64,000 nt of DNA, taken from contig JBEUKZ010000010.1 in the NCBI GenBank assembly GCA_048128005.1, positions 186,001-250,000 of the forward strand. Reading direction: 5' to 3'. Below the pieces are notes generated by a model. It made no database searches, was not told the DNA's origin, and was given only the letters and a program-made list of their open reading frames with translations. A program made the translations under genes and the position numbers. The DNA comes from Veleropilina oligotropha. Lineage: Eukaryota. Shown one piece after another: positions 7,974 to 19,884 of this stretch (its first letter is position 1; the number at the start of each line of letters is the position of its first letter).

Positions 7974-10217
7974 ATGGTCCGGTGCAGTAGCTCCGGGTGT
8001 AACCAGAAAATTCACGCATTTGATAGGCACAAGGAATGTTGTAAACACCGTAGCTGTAGTATACATCATCAATGTGATCTGTGCTTTCTTCTATCAGATA
8101 AGCAGTGGGCAACCCTGTCTCACCACGGTAAGTCGACCAGGGCGACTGCCACGGTGGGTCCTCCCGTGGAGAAGGGTCATGAAGAGACCGGTAAGTTACC
8201 TAACGTTTCTTCTTTGTCTGCTTCAGGGACGCTGGACGACAGCCGACAGACGTCTGTCGCCGGATCCACCGGCGAAACCTCCGCGACTCTTGGGAGAGTC
8301 ACCGAAACCTTGCCGGTACCCCAGATTCAGGTAAAGACCCGAGTGTCGACCGTTCCTCCACAACTGGGCCTAGTAACTGCAGTCAGCCATACCTTGCCGG
8401 CTAGCAAGGTATACATGACAGCGCAGCGAACAGCTGAACAGGGCAGACTATCCCCATCCTTTTCTTCGGCCTCGAAGAATAAGGGGACAGTTAGTCCTTC
8501 TGCGGGAAACTCACCGTCTTCCTACGGTGACAGACCCAATGCAGAGAAAGCCTTTAAAGAGGCCGGGCACCTACTTGTAGGTCTAAGACTCGGACAATCG
8601 GCGAAACCTGAATCCTCGGTCGAGAACGATGCGACTTCCCCTAGGGGTTTTCCGCTCAACCTCGAAGCTCACGAGACATTCAGAGGGCCCGGTCTCTCCC
8701 GTGCACCCACCGTGGTCACGCTAGAGAACGTGGACAGACCGGCTGCGTTCGGGACGGGGTTCTACGGCGGTTTTCCGTCCGTGCCTCGCTCGAACAGAGT
8801 GGTAGACCGATCAGAACTGTTGCCGCAGTCCTATCGGTCGTCCGGCCCACTGACTGCGCCTCCGGGCCAGTCCTTCGGGTTCGACCCCTCGACAAGTGCC
8901 CGTGGACCCTGGTCCTCGGTTCGACCTGTCAATGCAGCCCGTCTACCTAGCGCCACGGTTACCTCGACAGAACTACCGGCTGTTAGTTCGTCGCCCGTCC
9001 TGCCTCCGGGTTTCTCTTTTGAGAACGTCCAGGCATGGATCGCGGCGGGGATCGAGGAACGGTGTAAGGCCTGGCCGACGGCTCCCGAGCCGCACCTGGT
9101 ACCTACACTTCTGCCCATGGCGCAGAGCACGGCTCCTGCCTCAGTGATAGACATCGACCCTCGTTCCAACGAGGATCTCTGTTCAAATCACTCCGACCTC
9201 CCTGAATCGGTCGGGTCCGAAGACATTAGTCTTACAGGCACGCAGGAGCCGACCTCCTCCACCCGCCGAAGGCTCGACGCTGTTGCGTCACTTCGCGGGG
9301 TGCTTGGCTTGTCGGAACCGACTCGGTCGGCTGTAGACGTAGCCAAGCATAGGACGGCAGCACATCGGTTTGTTGCGAGGGAAGCCCCCGAGCTCCCCTC
9401 CTTACCTCAGTCCGGGCTGGTGGATCTTGTTGTAGACTCGATCACCAAGCTCGTTCAGGGGCGCAATCCGGTGGAGTCCTCCCCGCTGAACGAGTTCCCT
9501 TCGGGGTTCCGTAGTGGGAGGTACCTCCGGGCCAGTACTCGAGCGATCCCGTTCGAATGCACTGGCCCGTGCCTGGCGACTGAGCCGGCTCGTGTTGACG
9601 CTTCGTTGCGTCGACTGACCGCCAGTCACCCTCCCTCCGTAGCGAAAGTTCCTTGGTCCGCCTTGGAAGCTTTCGAGAGCTCCGCCCGACGGGCTCTGCG
9701 GCTATCGTCCGTTCAGGATTTTTTCCTAGACGGTGCGATAGCCGTATTACAGGAGAATGGACCCGGCGCCACCGAGGCTGCCCTGTCCTTCCTCCAGGAG
9801 GTTGCTGCCACGCAGGAGACCAGCGCGTTGGAGACGGGACGTGTCCTGGGCAATGCCCTCCTACTTCGTAGGGATGCTTGCCTGGAAGGTACCTCGCTGG
9901 ACGAGCCCACCCGGCGCTCGTTGCGATGCGTACCTTGCTCGGCCACCACTCTCTTTGGTGACAACTTCACGGAGTTTGTTGACAAGAGAGCGGCGGACAT
10001 TAAGGACCGTGCCATCGAGAAGGCAGTACTGCTCCCCACCCGGGGTCCACCTGCCAACTCGAAGAAGCGCTCCGGGCCCACCCCGGCCCCGAAGCCTTCT
10101 AAGCGTGCGAAGCCCTCTTCGGGTGGTAGGCCTCCGGCCAATAAACCCACTCCAAAGAGGCGAGCACCTCCAGCGAAATCCCGCAAGCAGAGCGGGATAG
10201 GGAAGCCTCGGCCCTAG
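7974..10217 (+). CDS. DIRS copy B ORF1 gag-like protein
   Basis: Near-identical to copy A ORF1, with a 6-nt in-frame deletion near 8250. Confidence 0.85.
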   Translation: MVRCSSSGCNQKIHAFDRHKECCKHRSCSIHHQCDLCFLLSDKQWATLSHHGKSTRATATVGPPVEKGHEETGKLPNVSSLSASGTLDDSRQTSVAGSTGETSATLGRVTETLPVPQIQVKTRVSTVPPQLGLVTAVSHTLPASKVYMTAQRTAEQGRLSPSFSSASKNKGTVSPSAGNSPSSYGDRPNAEKAFKEAGHLLVGLRLGQSAKPESSVENDATSPRGFPLNLEAHETFRGPGLSRAPTVVTLENVDRPAAFGTGFYGGFPSVPRSNRVVDRSELLPQSYRSSGPLTAPPGQSFGFDPSTSARGPWSSVRPVNAARLPSATVTSTELPAVSSSPVLPPGFSFENVQAWIAAGIEERCKAWPTAPEPHLVPTLLPMAQSTAPASVIDIDPRSNEDLCSNHSDLPESVGSEDISLTGTQEPTSSTRRRLDAVASLRGVLGLSEPTRSAVDVAKHRTAAHRFVAREAPELPSLPQSGLVDLVVDSITKLVQGRNPVESSPLNEFPSGFRSGRYLRASTRAIPFECTGPCLATEPARVDASLRRLTASHPPSVAKVPWSALEAFESSARRALRLSSVQDFFLDGAIAVLQENGPGATEAALSFLQEVAATQETSALETGRVLGNALLLRRDACLEGTSLDEPTRRSLRCVPCSATTLFGDNFTEFVDKRAADIKDRAIEKAVLLPTRGPPANSKKRSGPTPAPKPSKRAKPSSGGRPPANKPTPKRRAPPAKSRKQSGIGKPRP

Positions 10218-12290
10218 GGCTGCCGGCATTCGCGACGGCCCCAGTTGCCCGCTCCCGCCGGTGGGAGCGTGCCTGTTAGCACACAGCCAGCCCTGGCTAG
10301 AGCTGACAGACAGCAACTGGGTCCACTTAGTCGTGAGTGCCGGATACAAGTTGGCATTCAACCGGCATCCGACCCTAACCGAGGCACCACCAACAAGACA
10401 CGCTCGCCTCCTAAACGGAGAGAAACAAGCGGTTTAGACCAGGCAGTGCGGGATTTGCTCCTAAAAAGAGCGATATATCCCGCGCCGCCCAGCACACCAG
10501 GATTTTACAGCCATTTCTTCCTGGTCCCGAAACCCGATGGCCGCTGGAGACCGATCCTCGATCTCTCGTACCTAAACCTATATCTTCGTACCGAGAAATT
10601 CCAGCAAGAAACCCTCTCGAAGATTCGAGCGGCCATCCGTCCGGGCGACTGGGCAGCGTCTATCGATCTCGCCGACGCGTATCTGCATGTCCCGATGCAT
10701 ATCACGGCTCATCAGTACCTTCGGTTTATACACGGGGAGACGATCTACCAATTCAGGTGCCTACCGTTCGGTCTATCGTCAGCCCCGTACGTCTTCACGA
10801 GAACAGTACAGGCCCTGGGGGCCTTCCTACACTCTCTAGGGCACAGGGTACATATGTACCTCGACGACTGGCTGATCCTCGGGGCGTCCCGAGATCTGTG
10901 CCTCCGGTCTACGAGCTTTACCCTGTCATCGACGAAGCGCCTGGGATTTCAGATCAACGAGACAAAATCCTGCTTCGTGCCCTCGACGACGTTTACGTTC
11001 CTCGGAGTCGACTTCGATACGGTCCGGTACACCGCGAAGCCGACCCAGAAGCGTATGCGGAACCTACGCGCGGTTATCCAAGACACCCTGTCATCGGACA
11101 TAACTACGGCGCGACAACTGGCCACTGTCCTGGGGCACATCGAGTCGGTAGCGCCCCTGCTACCGACGGGTCGCATGGACAAAAGACCGTTACAACAGGC
11201 TTTCAGGGATCGCTGGATACAACGGACGGGGCAGTGGAAGGATCGCATCGATCTACGGCATTGGTTTACCGACACGACAGCAGTGTGGTTGAACCCCGCT
11301 TTGCCGGACCAGTCGGTTCCTATATCCCCACCAGAGCCGAACGCTTACCTGTTTACAGACGCTTCGAACGACGGCTGGGGTGGTCACCTCGACAGTTACG
11401 AGACATCAGGCCTATGGCCGACAGACCTTCAGGGACGACATATCAACTTCCTAGAGTTAGAAGCCGTCTTCCTGTCAGTACGGTCCCTCTCGTCACATCT
11501 CCGCAACAAGCATATAATGCTCGCCACGGACAACACGACTGTCGTCGCTTACATACAGCACCAGGGCGGTACACGCTCGCGTCCCCTATGCGACCGAGCA
11601 ATAGACCTACACCGCTTAGTGATGTCCCTCAACTCGACGATTCGAGCCCGACACATCCCGGGAAAGCTGAATGTCAGAGCGGATTCGCTCTCTCGGAGAT
11701 CACAGATTATACACACAGAGTGGACGCTACACAGCCGAGTAGCTCGGGATGTTTGCCGCCGGTGGTCGCAACCCCAAGTCGACTTGTTTGCAACAGAATT
11801 CAATTACCGACTACCTCTGTATGTCTCCCCGTACCCAGACCCGGCCGCCCTGGCGGTCGACGCAATGTCAATGACATGGGAGAATCTGTCCGCGTATGCC
11901 TTCCCCCCGACGTGCATTCTATCACTGGTATTACAGAAGGCAGCGACCGAACGTTGCGAGATAACGCTAATAGCGCCCCTTTATCGCACGCAACCTTGGT
12001 TTCCGACCCTCCTCGATCTGATCGTCGATCGACCGTTAGCGTTACCGCAGAAACTAGACCTGTTAATGCAACCACGCACCCGTGTACTCCACGAGTCGCC
12101 GAACCACTTACGTTTACACGCCTGGCGGTTATCGAACGATCCCTTGCTAAGAAAGGATTTTCTAAAGCTACAGCCTTACGTATCTATCGATCGAGAAGGA
12201 TTTCCACTACAAAAGTCTATGACTACCGATGGGTTAAGTACGTGGATTGGTGTCACAGCAGGCAGATCAATATACTCCGTCCCCCTGTGA
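10213..12290 (+). pseudogene. DIRS copy B RT/RNaseH/MT ORF with a 1-bp deletion near 10433
   Basis: GCGGTTTAGACC here versus GCGGTCTTAGACC in copies A, C and D; the ORF track shows the resulting ORF3/ORF2 chimera (681 aa). Confidence 0.88.
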
Positions 12291-13201
12291 ACAAGTTTAT
12301 CGAGTTTTTATCGTCGCTCTTCGACCGCGGTATGTCAGTGTCCGCCGTCAAAGGTTATCGGGCAACGATCGCGACCACGCTAAAGCAGTGTCGTGCCCAT
12401 GCTGGCCTATCAAGCGACCGAACGATATCAGATTTTATACGATCTTATGAACTCGAGATACCGACCCGAAGAATTAAGCCACCTGCCTGGAATATAGTAC
12501 TTATTCTTAACGCATTACTCTTACCACCGTATGAGCCGATGTCCGAGATAACCATGAGGAACTTGACGCACAAAACAGTTTTTCTGATCGCCTTAGCGTC
12601 GGGCAGGCGTTGTTCCGAGATTCATGCTTTCTCCGCCGAGCTAAGAGACATACGATTCCAGTCAGACGGGTCGGTGATATTGCGTCCCATTCTGGGCTTC
12701 TTAGCCAAGAACCAGCGGCCGAACGAGGACGCACCCGAGGTTGTTATTCCCAAGCTAACGCTAGTCGGAAGGCGCGACGCAGACCGCTTCAATTGCCCGG
12801 TCCGGGCGCTTCGATTCTACCTAGACAGAACCCGTGAGTTGCGACAGGGAAAATTACGTTTATTCATATCGTATTTGCCCACCTACACCCGCGACATTAC
12901 GAGGACTACTGTTTCGCGGTGGATTTCACAAACTGTGAGAGATGTTTACATCCGTTGTGATGACGACGACCGAACTATTTTATCGGTCCGCGCACATGAG
13001 GTCCGGGCCATTGCAGCGTCTGTAGCCTTCCGACATAATTTAAATATCAATGCGTTACTACAGGCCGGATATTGGAAAAACGCTAACGTGTTTGTCAAAC
13101 ATTATCTGCGCGACTACTCAACCGGGGCTGATGGCCTAAGCAGCTTACACTGTGTTGCTGCACAACGGGTCATTGTTAGACCGAGGTCTTCTAATCAGTA
13201 A
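10757..13201 (+). CDS. DIRS copy B ORF3, tyrosine recombinase (catalytic region intact)
   Basis: ALASGRRCSEI (catalytic R), LAKNQ, CPVRAL, RAHEVRA (HxxR), AGYWKN..F.KHY (catalytic Y); first in-frame ATG at 11876. True start uncertain. Confidence 0.92.
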   Translation: MPTVRSIVSPVRLHENSTGPGGLPTLSRAQGTYVPRRLADPRGVPRSVPPVYELYPVIDEAPGISDQRDKILLRALDDVYVPRSRLRYGPVHREADPEAYAEPTRGYPRHPVIGHNYGATTGHCPGAHRVGSAPATDGSHGQKTVTTGFQGSLDTTDGAVEGSHRSTALVYRHDSSVVEPRFAGPVGSYIPTRAERLPVYRRFERRLGWSPRQLRDIRPMADRPSGTTYQLPRVRSRLPVSTVPLVTSPQQAYNARHGQHDCRRLHTAPGRYTLASPMRPSNRPTPLSDVPQLDDSSPTHPGKAECQSGFALSEITDYTHRVDATQPSSSGCLPPVVATPSRLVCNRIQLPTTSVCLPVPRPGRPGGRRNVNDMGESVRVCLPPDVHSITGITEGSDRTLRDNANSAPLSHATLVSDPPRSDRRSTVSVTAETRPVNATTHPCTPRVAEPLTFTRLAVIERSLAKKGFSKATALRIYRSRRISTTKVYDYRWVKYVDWCHSRQINILRPPVNKFIEFLSSLFDRGMSVSAVKGYRATIATTLKQCRAHAGLSSDRTISDFIRSYELEIPTRRIKPPAWNIVLILNALLLPPYEPMSEITMRNLTHKTVFLIALASGRRCSEIHAFSAELRDIRFQSDGSVILRPILGFLAKNQRPNEDAPEVVIPKLTLVGRRDADRFNCPVRALRFYLDRTRELRQGKLRLFISYLPTYTRDITRTTVSRWISQTVRDVYIRCDDDDRTILSVRAHEVRAIAASVAFRHNLNINALLQAGYWKNANVFVKHYLRDYSTGADGLSSLHCVAAQRVIVRPRSSNQ

Positions 13202-14039
13202 GTAGCCTATTGTTCTCTGATTGATCATTTGCATATTTACTGACGCCATTTTATTTTCGTTGGCCAAACGGTGCTATGTAATTAACACCTATGGGGCAGT
13301 TCAATGTCTGTTCATTTCTTAAATCTAATTTAAGATTTTGTACTTCTCATGTCAGACTGAGTGTTGACATAAGCCAGATCACATTGAATTTAATAAAACA
13401 ACTTTGATAATTTTGCACAAATCTTAAAAAGATTAGGGTTCAATATTATTATGTTCTTTGCTGTAATCGAACATACGATGTTCAATACATTTCAAATGTT
13501 GATTCCTTAACATTTATTTTTAAGTAACATGTCGAACATTTTTGCTTCCTTAAAATCTATTTTAAGTGACATGTCGTCCATGTTAGCGTTCGCAAGTTGG
13601 TCATGCGAACTACTTATTAATATCGATTATTATATAATCTATTAATTCTTTGCTTTTGATTTTAAAGCTTTCACAACCTGTTAGGTTCCGTGTGCTTACA
13701 AATCCGACTGCATCCTCTGGCTACCGGCCTATAGGCCCGGAGTCCCATTTGGCTGCCACTGGTCCATGACACGTAAGACCTACAGGGATTTATCCTTCCG
13801 GCCGTGCCAGGGGCTGATTGCACTTCCGTTCACCTCGTCCGACTAACACCACGGCGTATCCTCCCGGTAACACTGGTCGAAATTCTCGCCTGGTAAGAGT
13901 AGAATATAATACTCAGTAAAAATTCCACTCTAGGCGGACACACTCGACGCTTCATGCTGATCGAATTGGTGAAAAGTAAGTCATTATCTTGTTTGGGTTT
14001 GTTGTAAGGAACGTCTTACCCACCTATCCAAGGTTATTC

Positions 14040-14130
14040 TGGCAAGAGTAAGGACGTAAGTATGTTTGTAACTATATATGAGGTTTTAATGTAAACCTAA
14101 TATTAGTATAAAACATACTTACGTCCTTAC
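14040..14130. repeat. DIRS copy B internal complementary region (ICR)
   Basis: 14040-14077 is complementary to the element's 5' end and 14078-14130 to its 3' end, joined head to tail (minus strand CCTCAT-ATATAG). Confidence 0.93.
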
Positions 14131-14190
14131 ACGATTACCCACCCTGCGTTTCGCATTCCTCCCCTCTACTACGTTCCTTTGTGGTTTTTG

Positions 14191-14429
14191 AACTTTGAAT
14201 TGATGTCATGTGACTTCTATTGTTCAGAAGTCTCACGAGACTTGGCGAAGTCTCGCTAGGGAACGTGGGGGGTAGGAGCAGGGGAGGTAACCGTGTGCTT
14301 TTTTGGCTTATAACGGTGCATTATGGGACATATTCACCATTTCCGGTTTGGGCGATAATATACTATTATGGCAAGAGTAAGGACGTAAGTATGTTTTATA
14401 CTAATATTAGGTTTACATTAAAACCTCAT
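14191..14429 (-). repeat. DIRS copy B right ITR plus right extension
   Basis: Reverse complement of the left ITR (6977 to about 7192) followed by a 33-nt extension TATACTAATATTAGGTTTACATTAAAACCTCAT. Confidence 0.93.
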
Positions 14430-15324
14430 TTTATCGTCGCTCTTCGACCGCGGTATGTCAGTGTCCGCCGTCAAAGGCTATCGGGCAACGATCGCGACCA
14501 CGCTAAAGCAGTGTCGTGCCCATGCTGGCCTATCAAGCGACCGAACGATATCAGATTTTATACGATCTTATGAACTCGAGATACCGACCCGAAGAATTAA
14601 GCCACCTGCCTGGAATATCGTACTTATTCTTAACGCATTACTCTTACCCCCGTATGAGCCGATGTCCGAGATAACCATGAGGAACTTGACGCACAAAACA
14701 GTTTTTCTGATCGCCTTAGCGTCGGGCAGGCGTTGTTCCGAGATTCATGCTTTCTCCTCCGAGCTAAGAGACATACGATTCCAGTCAGACGGGTCGGTGA
14801 TACTGCGTCCCATTCTGGGCTTCTTAGCCAAGAACCAGCGGCCGAACGAGGACGCACCCGATGTTGTTATTCCCAAGCTAACGCTAGTCGGAAGGCGCGA
14901 CGCAGACCGCTTCAATTGCCCGGTCCGGGCGCTTCGGTTCTACCTAGACAGAACCCGTGAGTTGCGACAGGGAAAATTACGTTTATTCATATCGTATTTG
15001 CCCACCTACACCCGCGACATTACGAGGACTACTGTTTCGCGGTGGATTTCACAGACAGTGAGAGATGTATACATCCGCTGTGACAACGAAGACCGAACTA
15101 TTTTATCGGTACGCGCACATGAGGTCCGGGCCATTGCAGCGTCTGTAGCCTTCCGACATAATTTAAATATCAATGCGTTACTACAGGCCGGATATTGGAA
15201 AAACGCTAACGTGTTTGTAAAACATTATCTGCGCGACTACTCAACCGGGGCTGATGGCCTAAGCAGTTTACACTGTGTTGCTGCACAAAGGGTTATTGTT
15301 AGACCGAGGTCTTCTAATCAGTAA
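14430..15324 (+). pseudogene. DIRS copy A ORF3 3' part (tyrosine recombinase catalytic domain)
   Basis: Resumes exactly at FLSSLFDRGMSVSAVKG; R, HxxR and Y residues present. Confidence 0.92.
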
Positions 15325-16159
15325 GTATTGTTCTCTGATTGATCATTTGCATATTTACTGTCGCCATTTTATTTTCGTTGGCCAAACGGTGCTATGTAAT
15401 TAACACCTATGGGGCAGTTCAATGTCTGTTCATTTCTTAAATCTAATTTAAGATTTTGTACTTCTCATGTCAGACCTGAGTGTTGACACAGCCAGATCAC
15501 ATTGAATTTAATAAAACAACTTTGATAATTTTGCACAAATCTTAAAAAGATTAGGGTTCAATATTATTATGTTCTTTGCTGTAATCGAACATACGATGTT
15601 CAATACATTTTAAAATGTTGATTCCTTAACATTTATTTTTAAGTAACATGTCGAACATTTTTGCTTCCTTAAAATTTATTTTAAGTGACATGTCGTCCAT
15701 GTTAGCGTTCGCAAGTTGGTCATGCGAACTATTTATTAATATCGATTATTATAATAATCTATTAATTCTTTGCTTTTGATTTTAAAGCTTTCACAACCTG
15801 TTAGGTTCCGTGTGCTTACAAATCCGACTGCATCCTCTGGCTACCGGCCTATAGGCCCGGAGTCCCATTTGGCTGCCACTGGTCCATGACACGTAAGACC
15901 TACAGGGATTTATCCTTCCGGCCGTGCCAGGGGCTGATTGCACTTCCGTTCACCTCGTCCGACTAACACCACGGCGTATTCTCCCGGTAACACTGGTCGA
16001 AATTCTCGCCTGGTAAGAGTAGAATATAATACTCAGTAAAAATTCCACTCTAGGCGGACACACTCGACGCTTCATGCTGATCGAATTGGTGAAAAGTAAG
16101 TCATTATCTTGTTTGGGTTTGTTGTAAGGAACGTCTTACCCACCTATCCAAGGTTATTC

Positions 16160-16549
16160 TGGCAAGAGTAAGGACGTAAGTATGTTTGTAACTATATATG
16201 AGGTTTTAATGTAAACCTAATATTAGTATAAAACATACTTACGTCCTTACACGATTACCCACCCTGCGTTTCGCATTCCTCCCCTCTACTACGTTCCTTT
16301 GTGGTTTTTGAACTTTGAATTGATGTCATGTGACTTCTATTGTTCAGAAGTCTCACGAGACTTGGCGAAGTCTCGCTAGGGAACGTGGGGGGTAGGAGCA
16401 GGGGAGGTAACCGTGTGCTTTTTGGCTTATTAACGGTGCATTATGGGACATATTCACCATTTCCGGTTTGGGCGATAATATACTATTATGGCAAGAGTAA
16501 GGACGTAAGTATGTTTTATACTAATATTAGGTTTACATTAAAACCTCAT
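16160..16549. repeat. DIRS copy A ICR (16160-16250) and right ITR plus extension (16311-16549)
   Basis: Same layout as copy B; the ITR carries the same variant (GCTTTTTGGCTTATTAAC) as the left ITR at 1640. Confidence 0.93.
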
Positions 16550-18152
16550 TTTTAAGACAGAGGTGGCACGATAATTACTGGTTAAGTACCGCAGTTTTAA
16601 AGCATGAATCATGCACCACTAGATCAGAGACACTGATATAATATAGTGACATGATTTAGGCATTATTAATATATGATGGGGGTCATGAACGCGAGCAAGT
16701 CGTATCACGCTTCGAGGATTTTCAACACTGATGAATCCTACCGAAGAAACAAAAGAACTAACTAGATTTTTATCGTTCATTTTTTTCAGTAATTTTCTCT
16801 CTCCGTCGAAAGGTGTTCATTTACGCCCGTTCTTGATTGTTGGTGCTAATGTAGTCACTAAGACTTCTCCTCACACAATACAAACTGACCATAGCAATTT
16901 ACACTGATACGAAACAAATAAACAACAACCTTGGGCAATCCGCCAGAGCAAACCTCCATGGCTACAAAATGGATGCGACATCATTGCATCCGGATCCAGA
17001 TTCGCATCATCAACATCTAAAGAATAGATCCTTTGCCAAGGTCAATCCTTCAACAAAATTTGAGCAAAATCTGTCCATTACTTTTGGGGCAATGCTGATA
17101 AGCTAAGATAAATTATTAAACATCATGGCCAAACAATAAAACTGAACTTTGTCCGTGACTGATACGGCTGGCATGATAAGTGAATATTATAATTCATGCT
17201 TGCCACTCAATCTGGTCAACATGCACATTAACTCAATGTAATACTGTACAAATTAATTCTACTTCTCAATACAGGTTAGTGCAATAATATAATGGATGTC
17301 ACCAAATAAATATCTATGGTTGCATTTTACATGATTATGGTAAATATTACAACCGATTCATAATGCATGCGCCACGTTTGCATCGAATAACCCGTTATGT
17401 AAATATAGTGGTCAGCCTATAGAAAATTTATGTTTAACAATTAAGGTACATATGTACTACATTCATAATCGTTAGTCATCATAGGGATTGGTCGATATCT
17501 TTTATTCAGTTCAGCTTCTATTGTGATACAGGATTGATAGCTACTATACAGTACTGTTGTTGATGAACCCTTACTGATAGTGCTCTCCCAATAGGCAAGA
17601 GTCATGCTATGAAAAGCCCTGACTTTGAGATGACCGCACTACCTATGTGTAAGTTTATATGAAAAAATCTAGTTTTTTTGTATAGTGATAGATCATTAAA
17701 TTGGATAAACAGAATTTTAAACAATGACTTATTTTACAACATTGTAAATTATTCGTGTCTGTTTATTTTGGATTCAATACAATAACAACTTCAAGACACA
17801 GATACAAGAAAGGAGATTTATAGCAAGTGTGTCAACTATTATATATTATTTTTATGCAGTTATATTAATGACATCAATCAAATTTCGATGTGATACAAAT
17901 TACTAATTTATAAAGAATTTTATTATTTATATACCCAAGTTCATGCAGTTACGATTCTAACTTAATAAGTGGTCTGTGGTTGTTATATACTTGAAAATTG
18001 CAAAGGTAACTTGTAAGGAAGTGCAATGAATGTAAATTTCATTTTCAGTTTTATAATAATTTATGCTACATTGTGACAATATGAATCTATAATTACTCAA
18101 TAAACACCAATAATACAGAACTCTGATAATAGTCATGCATATACATGTATAA

Positions 18153-18164
<12 letters not shown>

Positions 18165-18202
<38 letters not shown>
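18165..18202. repeat. (TA)n microsatellite
   Basis: Direct inspection. Confidence 0.9.
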
Positions 18203-19503
18203 CTTCTAAAGTGCATGCACACACAGCGACACCAAGTGAACATTTCATGACCTAATGCAAATGAATTTGAAATTGGTTCAGTTATCTTTATTTTTCATCA
18301 GTAATGGCTTGGACAGAATTTTGTCAATGTTGACATCACATCCGCCTAAATATAACATAGAGACTCTCATATCATCATAAAATTATAAGGCAATAGATGG
18401 CTATCAAAATGATTGACACATATTAGCTCTCTCAGCCAATGCTATACACATTCACTTCTTCCAATGGTGCATGTAACAAGACCCCTAGTGTTTGATGGAC
18501 ACTAACAGGCAACCATGCTGGCTTCAACTGGCACCCATCTCTCTGACATGGAAACCACCTTGTCACAGGACAATACCCAACCCTGCAGGAGCACCAGGAT
18601 CCAACCCATTACATTAAAAGTTGAGGGCCTCTTGCTAACATGGCAGTTCCACCTGTCTGTCACACTTTCTCCCAATGAACATACTACAATCCAAAGTAAT
18701 AGTATCAATAAACACCTTGATCAGATGTCAAATGTCGTTTTCCTTGGACATGCCTTATTTGCGGATTGTCCATCCTTAATGTCGATACCTGTCCACTTTG
18801 CACTGACCAGTGTGTGTCCATGCTTTGGATGGAGTCAGGTGGCAATAGGATGTGGAATGACCGCCATTCTGCTTAATATTGACAGACAGCGATGTGCAAC
18901 AAACCTGTCATTGTTAGGGGTCTCGATTCAGTCGCATATTTGTACAATCCGAGCGAGGTGCTAATAGGCTGTGTCTAATCCGCAGGTTCCTAGAGCTGTC
19001 TTGTTTGCTTATGTGACGAGGAGTTTCTACCTAAACATCGAAAAGCACATACCGGTGACAAAAACTCAGTATTTATGCTGCATATGATATTTTGATGACC
19101 TTAACTGCAGGGGAAAAACAACATATATATATATACAAAGGGAAACTAAAAATTTAGCAATAAAAAATCAAACATCTGAAGGTGAAGGAGCAAAAGAAGT
19201 TGTAGACATTGCACAACTTGCAGTGTTCAGGTATGCGTATACATGTATAGAGATATTTTAACAAAAATATGTAGCAAACTGTAAATTATGTCAATGCGTA
19301 TTCTTCATATTTGTGTATTCTGTATATTACACGTTAATTAGATTTGAGTGACATTTCAGGTTGGATTACAAATAAATAACACCAAATTCTTTACCTTGGA
19401 GGTACTGTACCGTAATTGCAGAAAAATCTTCTACCTTTACTATTAATTGTAATTTTGGTTGGCAACGTCATGCCATACCTCAGGGTTCACCAAACCAGGT
19501 GAA

Positions 19504-19884
19504 AGCCCTGTTTCCACTACAAATATAATCCAAATTAAAATAAACCGGTTTCGAACCGGTTTAAAATAATCCAGTTTATTTTGTGTCTACATGCACTATT
19601 CAGATTATTTCTGTGGGTGTTATTACCACCTTGTTATCGTAATAGGTGCCGGCGTGTATCGAGAGAAGCAACCAAACTCCTATTAATGTTATTATGTACA
19701 TACATACGATTAAAGCGAAGCAAACCGGTTCGAAGTCACTTGCACGTTTACAATACCAGATAAGTTGGATTAAATATATAAGCCGGTTCGAGTCAAATTA
19801 TTTGCGTCTATACGCGCCAAATATAATTCAGATTAAAATAAACCGGTTTCGAACCGGATTATATTTGTTTGTGGAAACGGGGCT
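19504..19884. mobile_element. MITE, PIF/Harbinger-like, with AACCGGTT(T)CGAA subterminal repeats
   Basis: TIR AGCCCYGTTTCCAC...GTGGAAACGGGGCT followed by TAA; a related copy in opposite orientation lies at 47979-48401. Confidence 0.75.

Larger units (their letters stand above)
6977..14429 (+). mobile_element. DIRS copy B, full length (7453 bp), nested in the YR gene of copy A
   Basis: Begins ATATAGTTACAAAC and ends AAAACCTCAT; ICR 14040-14130; right ITR from 14191; joining the flanks restores CGAGTTTTTATCG as seen intact at 12301-12313. Confidence 0.97.
1640..16549 (+). mobile_element. DIRS1-type tyrosine-recombinase retrotransposon, copy A (about 7.46 kb), interrupted by copy B
   Basis: Left ITR 1640-1855, gag-like ORF, RT/RNaseH/MT ORF, YR ORF split at 6976/14430, ICR 16160-16250, right ITR plus right extension 16311-16549; no target-site duplication. 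Confidence 0.97.

Noticed and set aside
1640..16549. Tandem duplication or assembly artefact explaining the repeated DIRS ORFs
   Set aside because: The junctions restore the YR gene exactly, the ITR variants pair inner/inner and outer/outer, and the copies differ by scattered SNPs.
18502..18964. 149-aa ORF upstream of the LRR-Ig gene
   Set aside because: No recognisable domain or supported exon structure; may be UTR or intergenic.
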